Source: Octopus sinensis (Eukaryota). From it: a stretch of 64,000 nt of DNA. A program made the position numbers and the translations under genes. The notes beneath the pieces were generated by a model. The model saw nothing but the letters and a program-made list of their open reading frames with translations. It was not told the DNA's origin and searched no databases. This document shows positions 25,828 to 38,506 of this stretch, in pieces. Each line of letters starts with the position of its first letter. Position 1 is the stretch's first letter. The stretch lies in the NCBI RefSeq assembly GCF_006345805.1, contig NC_043012.1, positions 58,032,001 through 58,096,000 of the forward strand. Direction: 5' to 3'.

Positions 25828-27599
25828 TATTCGTAGAGTCATCCGACTGATGATGGAATTTTCCTAGGAAAATGATAACTGACTTATGCTAGCAAATATA
25901 CGTGTATGTATGTGGGCAATAAAGAAATGTATATATGAATATGTGCGTGTGAGTGCTCTTCCATTGGTTATATATCCTACGTATTTTCTTTCTGTTTTTG
26001 TGTTTGCTTTTATTGTGTTGTGTATTATTTTCGTAGCCATTTTAGCCTACCAACATATAATTCAATATTGAGATACTATGTTTGTTCATTGTGCCGTTAA
26101 TATGGATTTAATTCGACAAACAATTATACAATAATAAACAGTCTATGATGGGGAAAATAATAATAATAATAATAATAACAATAACCCAGTAACATCACGT
26201 CTAACAGATATCGACTTCTCTCTTAAGTATGTACTTTCATCCCGAACGCATATGTTTTAAAATTGATGAATTTCAAGACGGCGTTGCGTGATCACAGAAA
26301 TCCGAATGACTGCTGGCAAAAGGGCTTAAACATGCGTTACTTACAAACTATACGTATTTACTATTAAATTGCTCACATCAATAATTGGGTTTTGCCATCA
26401 TCAGAAATACATTTTTCTTAAGCATATCCTCGGAAACTATTCAATATGGAGATGGCTGATGCTGATAATGATGATGATGATGAGGAAGAGGAGGAGGAGG
26501 AGGATGGCGGCGAATAGTGGTGATGATGATGGCAGTGGTGGTGGTGGTACGAAGATATAATAATATCTGAAACCATTAAGATTTAATGAAGCATGGAGTG
26601 CACGGGCATTAATCACCTACAGCTAGAATAACTGTATAGAATCAACTCGCACCACCAACACCACCTGCACCACAACCACCACCACCACCATCACCTGCAT
26701 CACCAACAGCACAGGCACAGCCACCACTGCCAACGCCACTACCACCACCACTGTTCACCGTCGTTAGTGTTGATGCGATGCATGAAAATGAAATGCAGCG
26801 TAATAGGGCTGTAAACTGTAGCGACTGCGCGAAGGAAGGCTAAAACTTCAAGGGATATTTTCTTTGCCACATGAATGTTTCATACAGCTGGTCGGGTTCA
26901 CACACATCGATGCATTGGTAGAGGCCATGCAGCGTCGGACAGAACGCTTCGTGGTACTTGTTCTGACTTCTTTGCGCTAGGAGTTCAAATCCCGGACTCG
27001 AGATTTCATCATTCATTTTTTCATCGTCGGAGAGTAGGTAAAACACTGCTTTAAAGTGGATTTGTGAGACGGAACTGTGACGACATTGGACCGGATGCCT
27101 TACGGTATTTGCTTCGCCCCTCTGCGTTCTAAGTTCACATCTCACCAGAACTTACTTGTATTGTAGGCCTTACAACTGCCTGGCGCTTAGGGCCCACCTG
27201 GATATAAGCATTCGAGTCACTTTCCAGTTTGACGATACGCTCCTCTCTCTCTCGTATCAGTCTTGGACGAACTGTAACAGATATGAGCACAGCCTTTCCT
27301 ACCTTTGTAAAGTAAAAAGTAAGGTTACCTTTTCAAGTCATTCTGACTCATAAAGGCCAATTTCCCGGTTTCATGGTGTATGAATTCCCCACCTGTAAGG
27401 GACGCTAGTCCATCGCAGCGTTGGTCACTTTTTCCGGCTGAGTGGTCCGGTGCAGGAGTCGAAACCACTATCTTACGATCATCAGTCCAACACTCTGACC
27501 ACTAAGCCTACGGGGTGCAGAGGTTGCTATGAAGGAATCTGATTGGTACTGGTGTTTTAAAGACTTCGTAAGTGAAGGGTTGCGTACACTGAGTTGAAA

Positions 27600-27960
<361 letters not shown>

Positions 27961-28629
27961 TATATTATTAGTGGATTTTCCGCCGGTGTTAACAAAGAGT
28001 CCATAACTCCTTATCCAGACTATTGAATTCCTACTCGGCAAACTGGACTGTAAGTGGCTGAGTATTCGCGATCATACATATATCCCATAATGTAATTCGC
28101 ATATCGAATGAACGTGACACAATCAGTGACTTACAGGACATGATTTGGACTACACGGGGAGAAAGAAGCATTAACACCAATTCTGTTTATTGATCGATTC
28201 AACAATGAAAATAAAGTCAGCTTCGGTGCGATTTGAACTCAAAAGGCAAGGGAATCGCAACATATACAGTAAGGCACTCTACCCAAAGGATCTTAACGAC
28301 TCTACCAATTCGCCGCCCTGCATATTGTTAGAGACTTTGTTTATGAAGTTTCTTACTCATTGCAGCAATTTAGAAGTTTTTTTTCTTTCTTTCAGTATTC
28401 AAAATCTTTTGAATAGTTCGTTACAGTCAATTGTATAGACAACACTGTAGATTCCTTGTAAATATTCCATTGAAAGGGCTGAAAGGCGAAATCAATCCCG
28501 AAGGAATTTCTTTTGCTAAAAATTATTGAAAGAAGAAATAAAAAAACAAAACAATTTGATATATCAGAACATTTATTTAGGTTCGTTTTTGCATTGTTAC
28601 ACACAATTCCCTACCCTGCTATCTTTCCT

Positions 28630-28679
<50 letters not shown>

Positions 28680-28732
28680 CTATACCCCCACCTATCTTTC
28701 TCTCTCTTTTTCTCCATATATATATATATTTT

Positions 28733-28771
<39 letters not shown>

Positions 28772-28842
28772 TATATACATATATATATATGTATATGTAT
28801 GTATATATATGTATGTATATGTGTTTATACATTTATATGTTT

Positions 28843-28873
<31 letters not shown>

Positions 28874-29584
28874 ATATATATATGATATTATAATTATTAT
28901 TATTATGTGTAAGCGAGTTTGTATGTATGTGTACATATGCATAAAGCTGATATGGAAGAATTATGTACGCTTGCATCTATATTTGTGTACATGTATATAT
29001 TTACAAATGCATAAGTATGAATGTATGTGTGTATGTATGAATATATTTCTCCCACCTCTCTCTCCCTTTCGCTCTCTCTCTTTCTCTACCCTTTGTCTAA
29101 CAAGATTGTCCCTGTGGATATTGTTCGACCTTGTAGAAACGGCAGCTAAACCGACCTCGATTCACACCCTAGGATCTAAAAGGAAGGGACAACACATTGG
29201 ATAATGTATTCCTAGACATGCTATGACTTAAAATAAAATGGGATGGTCACTTCTGGAATGACTCTTCTCATAGTTCTGCGAAACTAAACATCACCACTAC
29301 TACAATCATCAACAGCAACAACAAACTGCAGGGCATGATGCCCCAGGGTGATACTACGAACAAGCTGAAATAACGAGCCTGTTACGCTGGTTGCTAGAAA
29401 TAGCGGCTGAATCTCCTCGTCTTTAATTTCATTGAATTGTTGCAAGCGTAGAAGCCTGAGTTAATGTAGTCGTGGACGCATACCTGCCTGCCTGTCTGCC
29501 TACCTACCTACCTACCTACATACCTACCTACCTCCTACCTACCTACCTACCTACCTACCTACCTACCTACCTACCTACCTACCT

Positions 29585-29806
29585 ATTTCTTTATTACCCA
29601 CAAGGGGCTAAACACAGAGGGGACAAACAAGAACAGACATAGGTGTTAAGTCGATTACATCGACCCCAGTACGTAACTGGTACTTAACTTATCGACCCCG
29701 AAAGGATGAAAGGCAAAGTCGACCTCGGCGGAATTTGAACTCACAATGTAACGCAGACGAAATACTGCTAAGCATTTCGCCCGGCGTGCTAACGTTTCTG
29801 CCAGCT
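29585..29806 (-). mobile_element. Young SINE family B inserted in a (GGTA)n array
   Basis: Near-consensus copy. Both flanks are (CCTA)n on the plus strand. Confidence 0.9.
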
Positions 29807-29914
29807 CTACCTACCTACCTACCTACATACATACATACATACATGCATACATACATACACGCACACACATACAGACATACGCACACACATATATATACTT
29901 AAATATAAATAAGA

Positions 29915-30310
29915 CGGTGAGATGGCAGGATTATTAGCACGCAGGGCGAAATGCTTATTGTTATTTCGCCTGACGCTACGTTCTGAGTTCAAACTCCGCC
30001 GAGGTCGACTTTGCTTTTCATCCTTTCGGGGTCGATTAAATAAGTACCAGTTACGCACTAGGGTCGATATAATCGACTTAATCTGTTTGTTTGTCCTCTC
30101 GGTGTTTAAGCCCCTTGTGGGTAATAAAGAAATAGGTATTTCGTCTGCCCCCACGTTCTGCCTCCACGTTCCTAGTTCAAGTTCCGACGAGGTCGACTTT
30201 GTCTTTCATCCTGTCGGTGTCGCTGAATTAAGTACCAGTGAAACACTGGGGTTGATGTCATTGCCTATTGCCCTCCCCACAATTTTCAGGCCTTCTGCCT
30301 AGATTAGAAA
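29915..30310 (+). mobile_element. Tandem SINE family B dimer with two different tails
   Basis: AATAAAGAAATA|GGTATTTCGTCTGCC junction at 30134/30135. Confidence 0.85.
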
Positions 30311-30338
30311 GGAAAAATTATATATAAATGTGTGTATT

Positions 30339-30400
<62 letters not shown>

Positions 30401-30707
30401 GTGCGTGTGTGTGTATGAGTGTGGTGTGTGTGTGTATAAGGAAGTCCGGCATGGCCGCAATCAAATGACTGACAGAAGGAAAATAATATATATATATATA
30501 TACACATATATACATACATATATATATTATATATATATATATTAGGCGCAGGTGTGGCTGCATAGTAAGTAGCTTGCTTCCCAACTACATGGCTCTGGGT
30601 CCAATCCCACTGCGTGGTACCTTGGGCAAGTGTCTTCTACTACAGCCGCGGGTGTTCCAAAGCCTTTTGAGTGAATTTCGTAGACAGAAAATGAACGAAG
30701 CCCGTCT

Positions 30708-30753
<46 letters not shown>

Positions 30754-30756
30754 CGG

Positions 30757-31058
30757 GTGTGTGATTGTGTATAGAAGAATAGATATTAATAAAAGGTATT
30801 CCAACCTTGTCTGATTTTCACGTTTTATTTACAATCTTATAATGATATAAGATAATATAATATAATAAAATAAAATAAAATAGTAGAGTGTTAAATGTTC
30901 ATTCTGATTGAGCTAGTACTTTCATGCATTAAATTCTGCAATCTTCAGGTTCATGTAGTAGTGGTGACAGTCATGCTTCACAATTTTGACTTCACAGTCA
31001 AAAATGTGAAGCATGACTGTCACCACTACTACATGAACTGGAATTCCTTTTATTAATA
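30757..31058 (-). mobile_element. Penelope-like terminal fragment with a hammerhead, an internal 43-bp palindrome and a 19-bp inverted end
   Basis: Homology to 8490-8696. Arms 30949-30991 and 30996-31038. 30784-30802 vs rc of 31040-31058 is 18/19. Confidence 0.75.
30909..30953 (-). ncRNA. Minimal hammerhead ribozyme, slightly degenerate
   Basis: rc: TGAAC-CTGAAGA-TTGCA gaatttaa TGCAT-GAAA-GTAC-TA-GCTCA. Palindromic stem III AGTACT; one mismatch each in stems I and II. Confidence 0.55.
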
Positions 31059-31069
31059 TATACATACAT

Positions 31070-31127
<58 letters not shown>

Positions 31128-31737
31128 TAATATATATGTATGATTCTATGTGTGTGCCTGTGTTTGCCCCACCTTTATCGCTAGACAGCCGATGGTGGCA
31201 TGTCTACATCCCCGTTACATAGTGATTTGCCAAAAGAGACCCATAGAATAAGGACTAGGCTTACAAGAATAAGTCCCGGGATCGATTTGTTCGACTAAAG
31301 GCGGTGCTCCAGCATGGCGCAGTGAAATGACTGAAGCAAATATGCGAATAAAAGAATAACAGAATACATATATGAGGTTGGAGGGAAATTCTATCCGGGC
31401 GGATGCCGTATTAGCTCTCAGACACGTTCCAGTTGACAGACCCTGATGAAGCTGCATCGATAATATTGCAAGATTGCATTCGCAACAGTGAGTAGTCGTG
31501 CTGCAACGCAAACACGTGCAGGTCATTACAATATGCTGAATATAAATATATGCATATATATATATATATTATATATATATATATATATTATATAATATAT
31601 GACGTCACAGAAGTGTGACGAATAAACTCTGGTCGAAATGCAGTTAATATAAAATAAAGCTGAAGCAAGTGAACACCAAATATACAGTGGTGTGTATTTT
31701 CATTGGCTAATTGGCAACATGACCTTTCCCAAATGCC

Positions 31738-31841
<104 letters not shown>

Positions 31842-31847
31842 TACATA

Positions 31848-31891
<44 letters not shown>

Positions 31892-31981
31892 CATATACAT
31901 ATATATATATATACATATATATATAATATATATATATTATATATATATATACATATATACATATATATATATATATGTATA

Positions 31982-32031
<50 letters not shown>

Positions 32032-32532
32032 AATATTAGGGAATAAATCCAAATTTACAGGGAAAAAAAATCAGATTAGGATTAAATCCAATTTTATAGT
32101 AAAATATTATATAATATTAATTAGAGACAAAACCACTATTTTGCAAAACAAACAAGGAAAGACTTAATCAATACATAAAATTTTAATAAAAAGTAAAAAC
32201 CGCCACTACAATTGTTTCATGTCTTCAAATTAATATTATATATATATATATATATACATACGTGTTATTCGTTTCTGCTATAGGGACAGATCCTGTAATT
32301 GTTTGGAGTGGGACTAATCGATTGCATACGATCATAATGCTCAACTGGTACTTATTTAATTGACCACGAACGGATGAAGAACAAAGTCGACTTCGTAACT
32401 GAAATAGTCAGCGGATACATTTATATTTACTTAATGATGGAAATAGAAGCGGGGCTTGAACTAAGCATCAGGTCGTTTAATCAGAGCGGGACATGGGTGA
32501 CTATGATGATATCAACGGCAACGTCCTCGTCG

Positions 32533-32577
<45 letters not shown>

Positions 32578-33206
32578 CCATCATCATCATCATCGTGAAC
32601 AACAACTGCAACAGCAACAGCAGTAACAGTGACATGTATAATGATATGAAAGTTCTCATCATAAAAGCGTGGAAAGACAAGTAACTTGACTCTCACTTTC
32701 CCTTTTAATTTAGACTTCCAGCGAAGACTATATAAAATGAAGTTGTGGCTGCTGCACCTACTGTTGTTGTTCTTGTTGTTCTTTTTATTTACTCTGGCCT
32801 CCCTATAATCAGGCCTCCCTATAATCGAAGTCGCTCAATGTTTGACCACCTCACTCCTTGCGCTTCGTCTTTCTATGGCTTTTTGCAAGAATTTTTGTGA
32901 AGATACTATGCCATACAGGACAAAATATACTTCTATTACATAACGTATTTTCATAAATAATAAAAACTTTGATGGAGATTCAATAAATATTGTAATATGA
33001 AACAAATTCGAAATACGTATCTAAGTGTCACATTATCAAGAGAACAAACTCTATTACATTCTGAAAAAAATAAAGAAAAACAAAACAAATGTTTCTACCC
33101 ACATCAACTGTAGAGAAAAATCTAGATAGACATGATAGAAGGTAAGAAAATCTTTTTCGTCACATTACAACGTATGTAAAAATTATGCGCTCTCTGTGTC
33201 TCTATC

Positions 33207-33237
<31 letters not shown>

Positions 33238-33813
33238 ATCTGTCTCGCCCTCATACATACAAATCTTACGCCTTGTCCTGAGGTAAAATGCCGATGTCTC
33301 ATCTGCAACGTCACAGCCTGTAGTTGTATTTGCTCCTTACCGTATCGGCTAACAACAGATAAGTAATCCTTACGTGATGAAGATTGTAATTGTATCTATT
33401 TGGTTGATGGTTTCTGTAGTTACTTTAATTATGATTGCTCTATCATTCAAAACGCCATGATGGAATGTGAAGACAAATATCCTTTAATTCAAAATGGCGC
33501 CAGGTCTACACTGTTTCAGTCGTTCAAGTAAGACACCTGAGCCACACGTAATGACTGGTAATTCACACCTAATAAAACATACATACATACATACATACAT
33601 GCATAGATACATACATACACACACATATACATATGTGTAGATAAACACAATCATATATAAGTATATGTATGCTTGTTGTTCCTTCACCTGTCTTTGTCTT
33701 TTGTTTTCTGTAAATTCGAACTACACATACACAAACACACACACGCACACACACGCACACACACGCACACACATATATATACATTTACATATATATAGGT
33801 ATATGTATATGCA

Positions 33814-33882
<69 letters not shown>

Positions 33883-34606
33883 GTATACATATATATGTCT
33901 GTGTGTAAGAATTTCTCTGTGTGTGCCTCATTGTGTCTGTGAGTCTGTCTGTCTGTCTGCGTGTATGCGTGTGCGCATATGTGGATTGCTGAACTAAATA
34001 CACTTGTCTAGATTTTCTTCCCACGCAGCGCGGCGAAGACTAGTACGAAACAAAACCACGATTTCACCATGAATTACGACACACAACCACACCCAATGTC
34101 CGTGTACATTAGACATTTCCAGAGAACGAATATTAAAATTAGAATAAAAGAAAGAGTCAGAGAATGTGGTGTAATGTTACATGACTTCATTTCAAGACAA
34201 GTTTTCATACGGTGAATACGGTTCTTGGAGCATTTTTGAAAACAATAGTTTGTAATTCTTCTTTATTAAGGTCCGCAGACGATAGTACTAAACCCGTCAA
34301 TCAAATATGAAGTATTAATTTGTGGAGGACAAACGTTCTTTGTGTGTAACTATTTCAGAATGTTTTTGTTTTTAATTGCTTAATATAATTCAATTCGAAA
34401 TTTCCATCAAGTAAATGGAACATGGTAAAGCTATTTATATAAATTGGAGAGAATGAAAAGAGAAGAGGAAAGATAGACACGAATGAAGATGAATGGAAAT
34501 CTATTAAACGTTACGACACGGTGTATATGGGTAAGCGAATAAGTACGTTAGACTGGATGCGTCTGTATATAGATATGTAAATATATAGATGTATATGTAT
34601 GTACAC

Positions 34607-34840
34607 GTGGAGGCGCAATGGCCCAGTGGTTAGGGCAGCAGACTCGCGGTCGAAGGATCACGGTTTCGATTCCCAGACCGGGCGTTATGTGTGTTTATTG
34701 AGCGAAAACACCTAAAGCTCCACCTGGCTCCGACAGGGGGTGGTGGCAACACCTGTTATACTCTTTCGCCCCAAATTTCTCTCATTCTTTCTTCCTGTTT
34801 CTTGGGTAAAGTTGCGATGGACTGGCGTCCTGTCCAGCTG
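34607..34840 (+). mobile_element. SINE family C, 3'-truncated
   Basis: GGAGGCGCAATGGCCCAGTGGTTAGGGCAGCAGACTCGCGG..GGTTTCGATTCCCAGACCGGGCG. Confidence 0.85.
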
Positions 34841-35837
34841 ACGGCGTCCGGCAATGTTTATTCAGACACATTTTGTGATGTCGGGCGCGCAAATACCTTA
34901 AGCTAAGCCTGAAAGCAATGAAGTCATAAAAGAATCATCCATAACTTGCAGTAAGCAACATTTATTATAAGAAAAGTATTCAGAACACAGAATAACACGT
35001 AACAAAAACAATTTGCAAACATATTTACATTCCCATATAACAGTTAAGAACATCACCATTATTGTATTACGCATGCGCGGAAGTGGTTGTTCAACTAGAT
35101 GCTGCTGGTTTAATTACGCACGACTCAAGTTACAGAAGGGGTACGTATTATACACAAAGTTTAGGCTTTTCAGAGGTACAGCCCTCCCCCAAAATCTCCT
35201 GCATATTATACTCAAGGGAAGACTATACTCGGGGATTTACGGTAATAAGTTTTAGTGGAGTACATGTTTAAATATTTTGCTTCGGAATAGCGAGACTAAT
35301 AGTTGGGTGTAGAACTCAATATACAGGTAATTCAGAACGAAGAGAGCAAAGAGAGATGACAAAGGAATACGTGATTATCTTAAGAATTTCAATATTGAAG
35401 TTTTGCAAAGAAGACGCTGACAGTAAAATCGAAATGTTTCGGCTTGCAGTTTCTCCTCAAATTTTGACCTTCACAAACATATTTTTACTATTTTAATATA
35501 CATGCATACATACATAAATGTGTGCATACATACATACCTACATGCATACACACACATAAACACACACAGAGACACATATGCATATAAATATAAACAAAAA
35601 ACAACGCATAAATAATGGTTATTACATGTTTGTTTATTGTAATAAATTTGATTTGCGGTAGTTTTTCTAGGCTCGTTATTTGCTGGTTTGCTTAATTTGT
35701 CTAGTGATCGGTTAGAAAAATTGAGTGACCAAGGGAATTAATGCTACCCCCAACAAAGGGTATGTATGTATGTATGTATGTATGTATGTATGTATGTATG
35801 TTGTATGTATGTATGTATGTATGTATGCTGTATATGT

Positions 35838-36390
35838 CAGGTCATTTTCGAGTGCTACTGGTAACATGTAACCGAGTACAACCTGTTGCATGGTTGGGTC
35901 GTCGGCGACTAAACCGGCAACCTCACCAAGCTTGTTGGTGAGGAGGGTTTTTAATCGGACACCATGCGGGATGAAAAACAAAACCCTTCAAAAGGCGGAG
36001 GAACTCTTGAGAGTCAACGGCAATCCAGTAAACGTCTTAAGGATGTATCATGCGCGGGGACATAGGAATAATCGTTCTGAGTACCCGACCGCGCGGGTAA
36101 ACCATTGGGAGTGAAGGACTCCTAGCCTTTGTTAGGGCATCCTTCTAGGAGAAGGTAACTCAGGTAACTGGGATTACTCCGATATAAAACCTGCGGCTCA
36201 GTTGTTACCGATGATGTTGACTTGTTCTTCTTTTCGGATTATGGCTGCTGTTGCTTAATGAGTGGGATTGACTCAGTTCACAGCTTTTCCTCACTTTAAA
36301 AAAAATCTTCTTGCACAGGCATTGCACGATAACAACATTGATTAAGCTTCGTGCAATGGCCATACTCGATAACGAGGGTGCAGCCACTAT
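35838..36390 (+). mobile_element. RTE-clade LINE 5' UTR-like segment without an ORF
   Basis: GGCAACCTCACCAAGCTTGTTGGTGAGGAGGG hairpin and GGGCATCCTTCTAGGAGAAGGTAACTC resemble RTE/BovB-type 5' UTR motifs. Flanked by (TATG)n. Confidence 0.5.
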
Positions 36391-36419
36391 GTATGTTGTA
36401 TGTATGTAGGTAGGATCAA

Positions 36420-37070
36420 GGGTCATTTACTCTAAACATTTCTGTGACAGTCACCCGTGTTTTCAAAAAGTACCATTTTCCTCCTCACCTTCAGTTTCAT
36501 TTCCAAGCGCTTGACGGTACTGCTGAGTGTCGGCGAGCTGGCAGAAACGTTAGCACGCCGGGCGAAATGCTTAGCGGTATTTCGTCTGCGTTACGTTGTG
36601 AGTTCAAATTCCGCCGGGGTCGACTTTGCCTTTCATCCTTTCGGGGTCGATAAATTAAGTAACAGTTACGCACTGGGGTCGATGTAATCGACTTAATACC
36701 TATGTCTGTCCTTGTTTGTCCCCTCTGTGTTTAGCCCCTTGTGGGTAATAAAGAAATAGGTACTGCTGAGTGTCTTCCCTCCGTCATTTCCTCATCCATC
36801 GCAAAACCTCTTCCGCCATAGTTACTAGACAGAGGCACATCGCCTGTCCTGCCTTGTGAGTGGTGGAGCGATGCTCAGGATGGATTCAGACAATAGTCGG
36901 ATCCATCTCACATGCGGTAACAGTTGTGAGTCATTACTCCACAAGTCAGTAATAATCGGACACTGCTCGAGTGCATGCAAAAGGGTTTTCATCGCGCAGC
37001 GCTCATCTCGGAGCAGCCCACCTGGTGGCTCTAGTGCCTCCACATGTCCGATGGTTGACGACGTAGAATT
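36420..37070 (-). pseudogene. Second Tx1/L1-clade ORF2 C-terminal fragment, interrupted by a SINE
   Basis: KTLLHALEQCPIITDLW (zf-RVT H-C-W pattern), then MAEEVLRWMR..VTVTEMFRVND, similar to the C-terminus of the 53882-55030 segment. Confidence 0.6.
36532..36758 (+). mobile_element. Young SINE family B with a perfect 16-bp TSD
   Basis: GGTACTGCTGAGTGTC at 36516-36531 and 36759-36774. Confidence 0.95.
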
Positions 37071-37206
37071 CAATTGCAATTTATTTCCATTGCAAAGCGA
37101 ATTTCATTAAAACTGTGCTAAGCTTCCGTCAAAGACTGAGCGTGCGATGCACATAGATACACATATAAATACATACACAAATACATTCAAACACACACAC
37201 TGATAC

Positions 37207-37249
<43 letters not shown>

Positions 37250-37518
37250 CGCACACACATACAAGCAAGTAAATAAGTAAACAGTTACGCATATATTGAC
37301 GTGTGTTTGCGTGTGATCTGAGTGTCTATGTATGTGTGTGTGTGTGTGTGTGTTTGTGTGTATATATGTGTGTTTATGTAAATCTATTTATGTATATGTA
37401 CCTATATATATGTATATGTATATACGTATATATATTATATATATAATATATGTATACTTACATATAAATTTATATACATATATATATATATATAATATAT
37501 ATATATATATAATATATA

Positions 37519-37582
<64 letters not shown>

Positions 37583-38472
37583 TATATATATACATATATA
37601 TGTATGTATGTATATATATATATATATAGTTACACATACAAACATATACATATGTATGTACATACATGTGCTTTTTGCATGTGATGTTTCTGTCAGAGTT
37701 TATGTGTACGCATGCGCTGCCTCTATTTCGTATGTGTGTGTATATGTGGCACATGTATGTGTGTGTCTACGCTCTGTTTTGAGTGCATATATCTGTGTAT
37801 TTACTGATACATTCAGAACTTCCTTTCCAAAGAATTATATATGCATGAAGTAACTAAAATCTAATTGAAAAAAAAAATATAACAAACCATCAAATAAACA
37901 AACAAACATATAAACAAATCATTACAGAAATAAACAAACAAAAAAACCAACTAATCCTCCGCAAAACAAAATAAATAACAACAATAAAAAATTAATTAAT
38001 TAACATAAAAACCGAGTTACAAATGAAATTCATTCAAACCTGCTGAGTAAACTTTGAGTGTTATATTACAAAATGTCTGCTCGCTTTTCCATTTATTTAT
38101 TTATTTGCTTATATATATATTTATTTTATTCATTTGTTACCAGTGTACGATGCACACATTAGAGGTACTTTCCATTTGGGCGAATTGAACAATCTTTCAC
38201 ACCCATCATTCATTATAACACCTCTTAATTAAATGACTAAAGTATCTGAGTAGAGTTGTTGTTATTTATTAAGATTACAATTTTTCGCACTATTAAACTT
38301 CATTTTAAGATTGTATATTTAATACATATACAAACACACAAACACAGAACCACATATGTGTGTACGTGTGTGTGTGTGTGTGTGTGCATATATATATATA
38401 TATATATGTATGTATATGCGTGTGTGGGTATACAAAGATATATATACTTTAAGGTTGTTGCATATGTTTATC

Positions 38473-38506
<34 letters not shown>

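Larger units (their letters stand above)
30543..31345 (+). mobile_element. SINE family A split at its (TA)n linker by a Penelope-like insertion
   Basis: Head and body at 30543-30710, 3' module at 31140-31345. Confidence 0.75.

Noticed and set aside
25847-25875. CTGATGA followed by the hairpin ATTTTCC-TA-GGAAAAT
   Set aside because: It could be a truncated hammerhead, but the GAAA core, stem III and cleavage triplet are absent.
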